A model generated the notes under the pieces. The model did not search any database and was not told the origin of the DNA. It was given only the letters and a program-made list of their open reading frames with translations. From NCBI GenBank assembly GCA_028023455.1, contig JAQFVV010000008.1, positions 12,524,001-12,588,000 of the forward strand: 64,000 nt of DNA, given 5' to 3'. The position numbers were made by a program, and so were the translations under genes. The DNA is from Epiperipatus broadwayi. Its lineage: Eukaryota > Animalia > Onychophora. Positions 37,984 through 52,000 of this stretch are shown piece by piece (position 1 is the stretch's first letter; every line of letters begins with the position of its first letter).

Positions 37984-40870
37984 TTATCTAATTTTAATCT
38001 TATGTCTATTTTACACATAAACTTATACTTTTATAAAATTTATTAAATACTTTAATTATTAATTATAATTGTAATAATTAAATATATTCATCCAAGTATG
38101 ATTTATATTTCAAAATACCTACTTCCTTTCTGCTATAACTTAATCAAAAAAAAAAAAAATGTTATAAATATATTTTATAATTCTCTTTTTAAAATGTTTA
38201 TAATATTAGTTCTGTTTTAATTTATTTTTTAAATTTTTTTACTTATAAGGTTTTACTTATATTTTTTGTATTACTACAAAATAATATATTATAAAAGTTT
38301 TTTAGATTACTTTCAGTATTTAAATTTGGTTTGGTTGTTCTAGTTTTTTTTTTCTTTGCTATTTATTGTAAAATGTATTATTATATACTATTAACTTTAA
38401 AAATATGATCTGTTTGTGTGTGAATATTAATTGATTTTAAAAAAATCACTTGTTTAAGTCTTGTTTTTATAAAATTCATAAGATTCTCTCATCAATCATA
38501 ATATATTTCTTTATTAACAGTTTCTAGCACATTTCTTTTTTTTATGAATAATAAAAAACAAGACTTAAATAATAAAGATTTTTTTTTTCCTGGACTCAAA
38601 CTGAATTGAAAGTGCTTGGCAATAGTTTTTTATATTATTTTAATGTTTCTCTGTTTTAGTAGATTGTGATTTATATTTTATAATAACAGAAGTATTGTAA
38701 TTAATTTTTTGTTTCTTCATAAAAACAATAATTAATTACTTTGTTTCTTAAATTCTAAGCACATTAATCTTTTGTATTCTAATTATATTTGAATTCTAAA
38801 CTATTCTATTATTTTTATTATTATTATTTTTGTATACACTCTTGATTTTTTTTTTTTTTAATTGTTACTCATTTCCTTCCTTGTGGAAATATCTAAAAAA
38901 AAAAAAATTTCATTATTTAATTCTTATTGTTACAAATTTTATCTTATCATCTATCTAAGTAAATATAGAAATTTCTTAATTTGCCTATTAATTTTAGTAA
39001 ATATTACTTAAAAGTACTACTTAATATTCAATCAGTTAATGATCTATTTGACTATCTACATTCAATTTTCTCTTTAATTGAATCTTTAAACACTGCTTTG
39101 ACAACATGAAAGAATATTGGGATGACTAATCAATCATTTGAAGATTTTTTTGATTTGGAAAATAAATTTATTGTAATACTTGATTTATAAATTCAAGATG
39201 GAATCTAAAATCTTATTATTTTTCAATGACAGATATATATATATTTACAAACTTTTAATAATTATTTGTCATTTCAATTTCTTTTTTGGATTTGAGAAAA
39301 TGGGAGAGGGGTGGTTGAATGGGAGAGAGGAGAAAAAATACAATCAATTAGAAGTTTTTAAGATTTCTTTTGATTTTTTATAATTCTACCTAATATTGAT
39401 CTACAAAATTAATTTTAAATTTCAAACAACCTCTTTTTATTTACAATTGATAGATTTGTTTGAAATTTTTTTTCTTATTATTTGTCTATCTTTACAATTT
39501 TTAAATTTCTTTATTTGGTTTTTAAAAAGTGAGGAGAGAGAGGGAAGCATAATCAATTGTCAAAGAATTGTGGACTTTTATAAAAACAGTAATTGTCAGC
39601 TACATTCAATATAAAGTACATATAAAATAATTCAAATTACAATGAACTGGCTGGCTTTGAAACAACAAATTAAAAAAAAAAGAAAGAAAGATTAAAATGA
39701 AACTTCTTTCATATTTATTTAGATTCCCACCACCCACCCAATAGTTATTTACTTTTTTACTTCACAAAAGTCCAAAAAATAAAAGGCATCATCGCTTCAT
39801 ATGAATAGAATAATTTGGCATGACAATGCAAAATCTCTCTAAATTCCATCTTACCATTCTTTTCTTCATCATAAATGACCAGAGATCTAAATGAAGAATA
39901 TAAGAAGGTTTATTTTTACTTTTTTAATTAAAAATCAAAATTTAAAAACAATAAAACAATTTAAATGAACACCACTAAGTCTAATAGTTCCAGTTGCTTT
40001 TCAAATAAAAATATTTTAACAATATTAATGAAAAGCACTAAGTTTATTTTTGAATTAATTTCTAACAAGTAAAAAAAAAAATTCAATGTAACATACAGTG
40101 AAAAAATATTTCCTTTTTATCTTTTAGTTTTCTATAAATCAATTTATCCAAAATAAAGGAAATAGTGAATTTAGTAACTTTTTAATTTTGTTAAATTTTT
40201 TAAAACTATTTATAAATCCAAATTTTAGATATGTAAAGTACATTAAAATCACAAATTTATCAATTAATTATCTCAAAATTATTTAATGAAGTAGATACAA
40301 TATTTTAAAGAAACAAAAAGCAAAGGGAATGTAGACAGCTATTAAATTAAAAATTAACATCTTTACAATGCAATTCAGTTAAATTTATTAACAATTAATT
40401 GGAATTTTATCTTCTATGTACATTTCAATTATTTCTATTACTCTATGCATATTTGTATTTGGATATATAGATACAAGAGCAGAAAAGATTTCATTAAGTG
40501 AAAGGAGCACCTTTTGATTCCTCTAAGATTGTAATAGAATCAAGAATGGCCAATTCCTAATGTCCATTTCAAACATTTTAGTCACTGCAGCTGTTATTAC
40601 TATGTGATTATTCATATAACAAACAAACATGCAAGGGTTTCTCAAGAACATGCATCAGCAAACACAGTGAGTTTATTAGCTTTTTTCCCTCTGAATTTCA
40701 GATCTTTCTTGTCAATTGCCTGATATTTCTTAACTGAAATATCAATTGAATTTTCTTTAAGACAAAAATAAATGTGTGTGTGTGGTGTGAATGAACTTTT
40801 TTTAAAACAAATATTTACTACAATCATGAGAGATAAAACCAAATTATGGTCTTATTTCCAGAAGACTTTA

Positions 40871-43679
40871 AAATTGCCAGCCAAGGCACCTGTTTGGCAG
40901 TTGAAGATGGAAAATGCTAAGAATTCCCTGATTGAGGCACAGACTACATCCAATGACGATCTTTTATTTAAGTACATACACCTGCAGATCATTTTCAAAA
41001 GAAAGAAAATTGCATAAATTGGAAAAACTATCTAATATTAAATGAGACATTGTTGGATTTTGTGAAAAGGTATCTGAAGAGATAATTGATTTAAAAAATG
41101 GACACATACTTTATTATAAAGACACAAATATTGAAAGCACAAATGGAGTGAAATTTACTATGAATAAAATTAAACAGAATGCCAAGATTAATTATTCAAC
41201 TTAATGGAAGATACCAAATCCAAATAATTCACATTTAAGCTACAACAAATTCTCACTGTCATGAAGTAGAGAACTTTTATATGAATGTGCAAAATGCTTT
41301 TTATCAGATCTAACATTTGAAAATTGTTATGGGAGATTTAATGTAGAATTGGTAAAATATTGAAAGTACTGAAGATAAATTTTTTTATGATGATAAAAAT
41401 GAGAGAGGCCAAAAACTTGTGGAATTAATTGAAAAACTATATATTATGAATTCTTTCTAAATGGAAATAGAGGCCTCCAAATGAAGACAAAGCAAAACTG
41501 AATTATTTGACTAATAAAAAATATGTATTTTAAGACTATAGTGTTCTTAATAAGTTCACCTCAGTAAGTAATCAGTTAGTTAGATGTAAAATATGTATGA
41601 GTGCAAAACTAGATAGACAAATTATTAAGAAAAACAGTATAAACAGTTGATATTTCTTATCTTCAGAAACACTTCAATAAATTTAAATTAGAAATTACAA
41701 ATCATTTTGAAAATAATTTAGATTTGATGAAATAAACAAGATACGGATACATTATTAATAACTGTAATAAAGACAGCTAATATAAAAAAACACTAATTTA
41801 TCAATAGAATTTTCTACTGAAACAAGACAAAAAAAAAAATGTATATGAAAATATACAAAAATGATCCATTAAAAAGAATTGAATATCTAAAGCTTTGTAA
41901 AATAGTCTGAAAAAGAGTCAATAATGATATAAAATATAATTGTGAATAATTCTCAAAATGGTAAAGCAACATTTTGATATTGGTAGGAAATTTATTTCTG
42001 TAATAAGAAGAAAAGATAGACTATTATTAAAAAAAGAGATGATATAAAATTTGTTGAAGAGTTCTATAAAGAATTATATAGTAATGAAGAATAAGAAAGC
42101 AAATTATCCCTTACAATTTACTATATCGTCTGAATTGCGTAGCATTTTAAATGAAGTAATGAGACGTGCAATTAAATATATGAAAAAGGGAAAAGTTCCA
42201 GGAAATGATGCAATTATAATCAATATCTTAAAAGAATCAGTTGAAATAGAATATTTGTTGAAAAAATTATACACCAAATATCTAAATGATAAAGAGCACC
42301 AGATGTAGTAATAGATATTTAAGAAAGGTGATAAAGAAGATATTAGAAATTACAGATAACAGTCTTTTATTTGTAAATGAATTTTTTACAAAATAATTAC
42401 AACTCACCTACAGCAAACTTTAAATTTTAACCAACCACAAGAACATGCTAGATTTAAAAGTAGTTTTAACATAGTGGATCACATCTGAATATTGAGAAGT
42501 CATTGAAAGGAGCAATAAATTTAAGTTGCCATTAGGCTTTGGATTTGTACATTATAAAAAGGCACTTGATTATATAAGCAATTCTACAGTTATTGGGCAT
42601 TAGATAACCAAGTTATATACCTGGATACTATGATATTGTGAAGGATATTTATCAAAAGTCAATAGCAATAGATTACGTGATGATACTAAGAAGATTAACA
42701 ATGGGAAAAATTTACAACATGATTTCATATCTCCAAAATTTTTTACAGTAGTTTTACAAGAAATATTTTGTGGATTAAAATGGGAAGTTAAAGATGAAAA
42801 AGTAAATGGAGATTATTTAAGTCATCTAGATTTTGCAAATAATGCTTCAGAGCTTAGGAAATATTGCTAGAGTTATCAGATGAAAATAAAAAGTAGTACT
42901 AAAGAAAAATGCTAAAAAGGTATTTTTTTTAAATTATTTATTTTCATTAAAAGACATTATATATATATATTTACAGGATTTTGTTGTTTTCCAATTTCTT
43001 TTTGTTTTTGGTTACTTACAATTTTTTTATACATTACTTTAATAAATTATATGTTCTTATATTCAGCTTAATAAGTGGGTGTTAGTAATTTGATGTCACA
43101 CTTTGTTGCTTATTAGTCTGCATTAATTTTATCTTTGGCTGGTATATATATCTGTCAGATTATTAATACAGTTAGAAACAGAATGAATGAAATGAATAAT
43201 AGAAGATGGAGTACAAAAGACATAACTTGATATTAAAAGGAAATATTCTAAGTATTAAGAAAGGAAGGCTTTTTAAAGATGTATTTTACCTTTTCTTACT
43301 TACTGGATCTAAGATTTGGCCTCTTAATAGAAGAACAATTTGGAGACAGATCATTCAATGAAACATGGAGAGATGTATATTAGGAATAACAAGAAGAGAT
43401 CAAAAATGAAATACATAGGTGAGAGAATAACAGATATCACTGCATCATTATAAACTGCAATGATGCTGAACTGGACATATTTCTAGAAAAGGTGATAATA
43501 GATGGCCAGTTCTTAAAAATGGATCTCAAGAGAGATCACATCTGAGATGGAAAAATGAAATAAGGAAGATGGATGGATGAAATAAGGAATGGAGGAGAGA
43601 CTAGAAATCGAAAAAACTAGATTAAACATGGATACACTATCCTGCTGAGGATTAATCATGGTTGAAAATGATGATGATT
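40871..43679 (+). mobile_element. Near full-length decayed RTE-clade LINE
   Basis: YLSTYTCRSFSKERKLHKLEKLSNIK*DIVGFCE (endonuclease, ~40965-41066), RT region at ~42490-42590, and a 3' (atg)n microsatellite tail. The 5' end aaattgccagccaag is shared with the 20863 copy. Confidence 0.85.
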
Positions 43680-44789
43680 ATAACATAGATGCAACATCTA
43701 TTTTAATAAATCTGATATTTATTAAATTTCTTATGTATATTTAACATTAATTTTTTATTATCTATTAAATTTTTTTTATTTTTTCCTTTATACTTTTATA
43801 TATGTATATATTATAACCATTTTGATATTAAAATAAGTGTAACATCCTTAATCATTGGTCTAAATGCAATCCCTTCTTACAATTCATTAACTATGTCATA
43901 AAATGTTCATTTATCTACAATTTTTAATTTTAATTCTTTCATATTACAATTTTTTTTCTATATTATTATCTCTATTAAATCTTAAAAATGCTTCCTCTTC
44001 TATTATTATTTTTTCCAATTACTTTTTAATATATATATATTTTTCCATCATTATTAAATTATTTCCTTTATCTATTTTAATAAATATGATTCTACATTTA
44101 CATTTATTTCTAATATTTACTATTTCATTATTTTTAATCACATTTGCATTATTTATATTTCTAATATTAAATATATTATTTATTTCGTACATTATATTAT
44201 TCATCTCTATTTTATGATTCAAATCATTTTACTTCTTAAATTTTTTCTTTCTTTCTAAATTATGTATATTTATTTTATATATTTTTTGAATATTCCAAAC
44301 TTATTTCTCTTGCCAATATGTTTCTATCAACATGTAATTTGTTATTATTATTATATGGTATCTAAAATTCCTCTCAATAATGTTATATTACTTTTCTATT
44401 AAATTTATTTTTGTCATATTTATAAGTCGGTTAATGTTTACTTTATTTCCGATTATTTTCTCTTTAAATGTTTTCTTCTTCATTTCTTGTCTTCTTTCCA
44501 AGTCCTGGTTTATTTCTTGAATATTCTTTTTGTTATTATTCTTGATATCAATTTATCTTGGAATTTTTTAATCTCTTTTAATATTTCTTTTTTTGTCAAA
44601 AACTTTTGTTTCATTACTTATTTATAACTTTCTTTCCTATTTTCTGTATAAGTTATTATTTATTAAATGTTGCCACTCTCTTAATCTTGATATCCCTTAC
44701 ATTTTTAAAAATAAAACCAAGTTTTGTACATTTTATTAAATGCTTTCATCTATTTAAATGTTTCAAAATTAATCCATTAGAAATATTTG

Positions 44790-47700
44790 TTTAAAAATAT
44801 AACCTTAATAATTTTTTGTATACATGATATTAAATGTGCAATCTTTTTTGCTTTCAGTTATGAAAATTGCATCATCTTCATATCTCAATCTGAAACTGTT
44901 GAAAGAATGTAAGTATCATATGAAAGACTACTGTCCTCCAAATTTCATGATTTTGGGCCATATGAAATATCTCATGGAATGACTTGTCTAAGCTTGTCCA
45001 TCCATTATATTGGAAAATGATGGAAGGATATTTTTTTTATTTTTCGTCAATGATAAGCTTATCTGTGTAGTCAGAATATGCCATTATAGCCCTTATTAAT
45101 AAAAAGTCTTTTGTTGACATTAAATTTTTCTAAAATAGACATTAATTATTAATTTTGTGGGCAATATGAGAAATTAGAAGCAATCTCCAATAGCACTACA
45201 TTTCAATGCATCCATCTCTTTTTCCATTTGGTTTTTTAATGTCCATATTTCAGCTGCTTAAATAGCAATTGAAAAAAGTCAGACAATTGACCAATTTTAA
45301 TTTGATGAGTCTTGAAATATTTCAGTCTTTCCATATTTTAAACAATTTTTGTCATTGCTGTTCTTGCTATTGCAATTCTGCATGTTTCTTAATCACACTG
45401 CCTATTAATGACTGTGGAAAAACATATTTTAATTAATCTAGACCTTTCTAATTTTGGGGGTAATTGTTACTGACATGATTTATAAAAATATTTATAAGAA
45501 TATTGGTTTTTAAAGTATTTATTTCAAGACCAAATTGTTTGTTTTCCTGATAGATTTTTCATGATATTTGTTACCTACTTTTTATTAGAAACCAAGATCA
45601 AAATATCATTATCATATTGCAAATTATAACGTATCTCCTAGATATAGCTTATCTCAGCCTTCAAATGCTTTATGCATGATAATCTCCCTATAGGCATTAA
45701 AAGTAATGGAGCAACATATATATATATTTTAAACTGTTGGTAAAATTTTATTAATTTTGATTTTCACAGACATAGATTTGTGGATATTTTGAATAAGTAG
45801 TACTAGATGCATATCACCAAGTCTAGGGTATCCTTCATAACTTTCTCCATTTTATTTTTAAAAAAGGTTTTTTCGAGGTTACAAACATACACACACTCAT
45901 ATATATATTAGTATTATATTCCAAATTTTTTCAATCATTTAATGAATTTTTAATGTTTTTTTTTTTTTTGTGGGTGTGTGTTTTTTTTATACATAAATTC
46001 TGACTGCCTATCAGATATTTGTGGAAGAATGAATGCCAAAGTTCATTAACTTTGTTTAAGTAAAATTTTATTTGCATATGAAATTATGACTATTGATCTA
46101 TAGTTGGCTATAATCAGTTGAGTTGTTCTTTCTTATAAATAAATATTAAGATTAAATGACATCATTTTCTTGATTATGGTCTGGTCCTCCAAATCTTCTC
46201 TCAAAATTGATGGATGATTTCATTTTCATCTGATCCCATATCTTTTATAATTTTAACTATTTTTTCTTCTACACCACAAGTTTATCTGTTTTTTTAATTC
46301 TTGCATTGATTCATCTATTTCTGATCTAAAATCTGGTTCTCAATCATTTTCTTCACTTTCTTCCCATAAATAGACATGTGGCATGGTAAAGATGGGAATA
46401 CTATTCTTTCAATGCTGCAGCTATTTCAGTTATGTTTATGTTTCCTTGAGAATGTTTAATTACTTGTTTTTTGAATTTAAATTTGCAAGAAAAAGATCAA
46501 ACTTTATTATATAATTCTGATGATTCATTACTATTAACTTGTTGTTATAATCCCTGGCAAACTTTCATATAAAATAAATTCTTGTCTTTTAGACAAACAT
46601 TTAATTTCATAATAAATTTCCTGCAGTTTTTCAGCTTATATTCTATATTCTCATATGACAAAATTATTTTTTGTAATCCTCAAACAAATCAGGTGACATA
46701 TCTAAACATTCAACATTTATGTTTTTGAGATATTCCTAACTCTTCTGGGTTCCACTTTTAAATATCAGCTCTTTTTTTTTTCAGACAAAATTGTTGAAGG
46801 ACATTTTGGAAATGTAATGTTTCAAAGAGTCTCATTAATTTTTGAATGTTGTTTTTATTCATGCTATTTAGTTTTACTTTTAATTCTGTCAGAAAAAGTC
46901 TGTTATCAGAACTATACTCTGCAAGTCATACTCAATGATCAATACCTGTTTCAAATTGAAATATTAATTTGGTTTTTATATATATTATTAGAAGCTATGC
47001 ATTGAAATGTTGTATCCATTATTGTGAGATTGTTTCCAACAATGAATTTGAACCATTGTCTTGCTTTTTTTTTTAATCCATACCTTCTTATTACATTCTT
47101 CAGATGGTCATGTGTTCCTGTTTCTTAAACTTTCATAATGAAGTTGCTCACTAAAATAACTATTTCTTTTGACTTTAAGAACTTAAGTTTTATTTTCAAT
47201 GAATAAATTTCTTCAATTTTAGAATCTTGTATGCAACATGTTTTCAAATAGATCAACTATATGAAATCTATACAGTTTTATTGATAGTATGATAGTAAAT
47301 ATTTGATTATTCACAAAATGAGTTCATTTTTGGTTCACAAGATATTGTCCAATTGAAAGCCTTATCTGAAAAATAAATCACAATTAGTGGTCATAAAGTC
47401 CCACTTTCTTGTCAGTATGTCTAGTAATTGAGAAAAAGGAACACTGTTTAATTAGTTCTCAGTCAAAAATGTGTAATTTTCTTGTATTCAAAACTCTTCT
47501 TACATTCCTTGTATCAATTATGAATTTTTTTAATTGCACATGTTTCTTTCTATAATTTGTGCCAGTAGAAAATTTACCATACAGAGCCTGGTCATCTACT
47601 TTTGCATGCACAACTGTTAATTTCACAACAACCAATCTGAACTCAAAATTAGCATCAAATACTACTTGGATTACATGGAATATTCAATATTCTACATGCC

Positions 47701-47900
47701 TTCAACATAATCTGTTCTGGGAGAAATACATAAGTAGTTTTTATTGGCTTGCCTGATAAATACTCAAAATAATTTCCATTGGCTTGCCTGAGCCACATGC
47801 TGTTTCCTGAATCTGATCAGTTCTTTCACTTCTGGGCAAGTGCCCTGGTTTGATTTGGGAATTTTCTTCTTCTAGGTAGGTTTCTTCACTGTAGCTGATG
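44790..47900 (-). mobile_element. Decayed RTE-BovB-like LINE, a different family
   Basis: IDTRNVRRVLNTRKLHIFD (47462-47518, cf. IGTWNVR), FNAYREIIMHKA (~45665-45700) and DA(F)EM*CYWRLL (~45178-45215). Confidence 0.75.
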
Positions 47901-48686
47901 AAAAACATCTTCCCTAGGTGTACTGGCAGGTTATTCCTTCCTGGCCTATTATTTAATATTTAGTAAATCATCTCTTTTTTTACATTTAATTGTTGCAATG
48001 TTCAAATTTTATTGATAAAAGCCAATATTTTGATTGTTCAACAATCTTCTTCAAAGACCTAAACAGAAAAATTATACACTGTGTTATTACTAAAATATTA
48101 CCTAATTTTATAGTTTTATACATTCAATTCTATTATACTTACACACTTAAAAAAAAAACAAAAAAAAACATCAGTTGTAATGCAAGAGATTATTTTGTAG
48201 TGTAATTCTGAATTTGAGATGCTAGAATGCATTACATAAGATAGTAACAAAAAAATGACCAAACATATGATCAAGGATAATCACTTGATCATAGCACTCT
48301 TATTCTTAGTTATCCAATATAATATATGTAAGTTTCTTTCAATTGTTAAAATTAAAACTTTAACAAAGTTATTTAAAAGTAAACTTTAAAAAATAATCTT
48401 ATAAACTTTTATATAACAATGTTTACTAGTATCCTTTAACAGTTTATATATAATTCATGATTATTATATAATTAGATTTATAAAATTAATAAGTTTAAAT
48501 ATATTTGATCACACATTATTAAACCACTAAACATCACATGATCACCATCTCTTATACTAGTACATAATTGTTATTAAACAAGGCAAAACTCTCCATACAG
48601 TAGTGTCACCCTGTGGCACCAGAGTAATCAATGGATACCAGAAGGCTTGTGCATAAAATCCCTATCTAGTGCCTACTCATCCAATA

Positions 48687-48728
48687 TCCCCAGACTAGTT
48701 TCTGGCCTGTGGCCTTCGTCATTGAGGA
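48687..48728 (-). ncRNA. Minimal type I hammerhead motif (F2)
   Basis: UCCUCA AUGACGA A GGCC aca GGCC A GAAA CUAGU C UGGGGA. All three stems are present with a GUC cleavage triplet; C3 is mutated to A. Confidence 0.72.
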
Positions 48729-49011
48729 GCCTTGGATCTAAGAGCACTGTACCTAGATCTTAGGATCTAATGCAACCCTCTAGCAGCCACCTTTTATCTC
48801 TACTTAACTACAAAACTATGAGAATGAAATTGAAAACACAATAATATTTTCAGACCCATATGACTATATAAGCTATTAAACTTAGATTGAAAATATTATT
48901 GTGTTTTCAATTTCATTCTCATAGTTTTGTAGTTAAGTAGAGATAAAAGGTGGCTGCTGGAGGGTTGCATTAGATCCTAAGATCTAGATGCAGTGCTCTC
49001 AGATCCAAGGC

Positions 49012-49053
49012 TCCTCACTGACAAAGGCCACAAGCCAGAAACTAGTCTGGGGA
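49012..49053 (+). ncRNA. Minimal type I hammerhead motif (F2)
   Basis: UCCUCA CUGACAA A GGC cacaa GCC A GAAA CUAGU C UGGGGA. G8 is mutated to A. Confidence 0.72.
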
Positions 49054-52000
49054 TATTGGATGAGTAAGCACTAGATAGGGATTTTATGTATAAGCCTTCT
49101 GGCATCAATTGATTACTCTGGTTGGCACAGCGTGGCACTACTGTATGGAAAGAGTTTTGCCTTGTTTAATCGCACATTATTGTTATGTATAGGGCCAGAT
49201 TTAATATAAGGCAGATATATACTCATTATATTAGTTTGGAAATAATACACACAGAAAAGTTGTTTATGAGTTTATTAAGCAGAATATATAATATCAGTAG
49301 CTTGTTAGTATTGTCAACAAATTGAATTCCATAAATTAACTCAATTCTTTATAGAGTTAAGATAATGCTGCAATTTCTTGTTACAGTATCTTGTTTTACT
49401 CTGTTAACTCTTCTTCATTAACTTTACACCACAATGATCTCTTCAGCATATTTCAGTGCTCATGGACTGCTGGTTTTACAAGTACCTTACTACTTACATT
49501 AATGAATTGCTATCTGGCTATGTTCTTAATATTCTGCAAACATTTAAGATAGTCTGTTTTATTTTGAGATATAATTTGTATAAAGTTTTATTACTATCTT
49601 CTTGCAAACTAGTTTGATAATTTGCATAACTCCACTTATTAAACATTTTAATTATCTCAGAGTAATTATTACTGTTTTTTTATATTGACCAATTATGCAC
49701 ATATACATATAACTTTATTTACTATTTACATAATTTAGTCAATATACAACTATTTTTATATAAATAAAAAGAATGCATTCACTTAATATCTTGTAATACG
49801 TCTCTATTTCATAATTTAGTAATCAATTAATTAGTAGTTCATGAAGTCTGCATTCCAAATAAAGATGATAATTTCATATGTAAAAACAAGCAATTACCAA
49901 GTTTATCATTCATCTATTAATATAAAACTATTAACTAATAAGAGTTATCATTAACTCAAAAGACAGTTCCATTACCTAAGAGATATCTCAAATCATGTTT
50001 ATTGAAAAAATCCCTTCAAACAATCAAAGAATTACGATGTAAAAATGGCTTCTTGCAAGGCTTCAAATAATTTTTTTTTCTTTTTTCCAGATTTAACAAA
50101 AAAGTAAATTGGGTTGATTTTTCTAGCTATTATTGGAACCTCATCAATAAGTTCTGGATTTCTCATAGTCACTGTGCTTACTTGCTTCATTTAAAAACTT
50201 TTGTTTAAGTGCTTACTAGAAATTAAACCCATAAATCATACAGTTAATATGCATGCAATGACAGAATTAAAATAATTAATAATCACTAAAAAATCCATTT
50301 CCTGGTTGGAGTCTCTCCAGATTCCTTCCTAATGTTTATAAATATTTAGCTGTTTCAAAACAAAATCCAATTATTAAATAAATATCTATTTCTAAAATAT
50401 TAATTTTATCTAAAAACATAATTTATTCAAATATCGTTCTAAAAATATTTTTGAATATCACAGTGGTTTTTTTCCTTCTTAAATTCATACATTATAATTA
50501 TATAAGATTTTAATGTAACTACACTTTTTATTTGAATTTAATGAAACTATAGTGGATGTTTAAAATACACAACTCATTTTCTGCAATATTAATACCTATA
50601 ACAGATGTTAAAAACTGAAGTCTGGCAATACATTGCTCAACATAATGTTTTTTTCTTAACCACTTACTTTCAGAAAAACTAGTACAATATTTCAAATGTT
50701 AACAAAAATGAAATTAAAGTAATATAATTTTTTTTTTTGATAAAAAATTAAATAGATTTGATTAATAAATATTAAAAACAAACATGAACTCATTTCTTAG
50801 ATGTTTTTTACTTACCTAACTCCATCTCCCAATTCATAACTCTTTCATCTTATCTTTTAATCTTGCAATATCACAATCCTTTCTAAAACAATTGTTACAA
50901 TTATCAGCTGTTTTGGGGAATATAGTCTGATTATGCATTGCAAGGGCACCAGTTCAGTTGCTCCCTAAAATATTTTTTTTTTGCCCTTTGAAATATAGCA
51001 CAATATAAGTGTGATAAATGCAAAAGCTTAACCTGATATGTCTGGTGTTCAAGCAATGTGCACCCTTCAAAATAACTAATCATTCAATTATTACTATCGG
51101 TATTTTAATTTTCCTTTGATATTATATTTTTTACATAATATTTATTTATACTACAAATAAATAAATATAATGATTATTGTTGTTTTATGAATTTGAGAAA
51201 TATTTAAAAAAATTTATGTTCGCATCAGGTAATTCTTCAAATTAATAAATTACTTTCTTATTAATCTACAAAAAAAAAAAAGTGTAATTGTTAACTTTTC
51301 AGAGGCATTTTAAATTGTGTATCCTTTAAACACAAAAGATATTGAAATGAAAAGTAAAGAGTCAGTTATTTTGGATCTTAAAATCAAATAAAAATTAAAA
51401 AAAAAAAAAAAGAAGTACAGTATATAAAAAAAGATTTATAAAAATAATATTTGAATAATTAAAACTTTTGCAGATTTATTTCAAAATCTAAAAGACATTA
51501 TAAAGAAATATAATCATTAAAAAATTCAAAGGCATTTTAAAATTATCTTTAAAAAATAATTTGCAAAAAAATTAACCAAAAAAAAAAAAAGAGTTCCTTT
51601 AAGAATTTATCTGCTAGCTTAGTAATCATTACATCAGCTGTCAGATTTTTCAATAGCTGACCAAAATTTTTTATATATATAAAAAATGAAACAAGAGAGA
51701 TTGAATGTGTCTATAAAATATTATCAAAAGAATGGAATGTAGCCAAATAATATTCATTCAAAATTTAATTTCCAATTAGGTAAAAAAATAATTTAAAAAA
51801 TATTTTTCCCTGTTTGTGATAACTGATAATTTTTTAAGTTTTCTAATATAATAAAATGACAACTTTATGAACTCACAACTAATATGAGCAAGTAAACTAT
51901 AGCTAAGTATAATCTTTTTCTATTGACTATATCTCTTGTTTTAGATACAGGTTTTACTTTTCTTTCATATAACAATCCTTCATAAGAAGGATGTTTTCCA

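Larger units (their letters stand above)
48508..49181. mobile_element. Best-preserved family F2 asymmetric fold-back with TSD
   Basis: Arms of ~280 bp (~48574-48852, ~48888-49170), tail 48521-48573 on the left only, and direct repeat atcacacattatt (48508-48520) / atcgcacattatt (49169-49181). Confidence 0.92.

Noticed and set aside
43644-43679. CTGAGGA...GAAA string resembling a hammerhead
   Set aside because: No stem I or stem III. It is the normal RTE 3' end leading into the (atg)n tail.
43750-44780. T-rich blocks (also ~6420-7330, 8100-8450, 38100-39050) that read K/E/N-rich on the minus strand
   Set aside because: Possibly very old LINE remnants, but I could not recover a diagnostic motif.
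14759-49170. CRISPR-like array or DNA-transposon TIR interpretation of the recurring ggcaaaactctccatacagtag motif
   Set aside because: Copies are dispersed and inverted rather than regularly spaced, the context is eukaryotic, and variable TSDs with one-sided tails argue against classical TIRs.
50816-50964. Possible minus-strand exon with a strong AG|GTAAGT donor
   Set aside because: All three frames contain stops, the acceptor has an A-rich rather than pyrimidine-rich tract, and there is no CNNM similarity.
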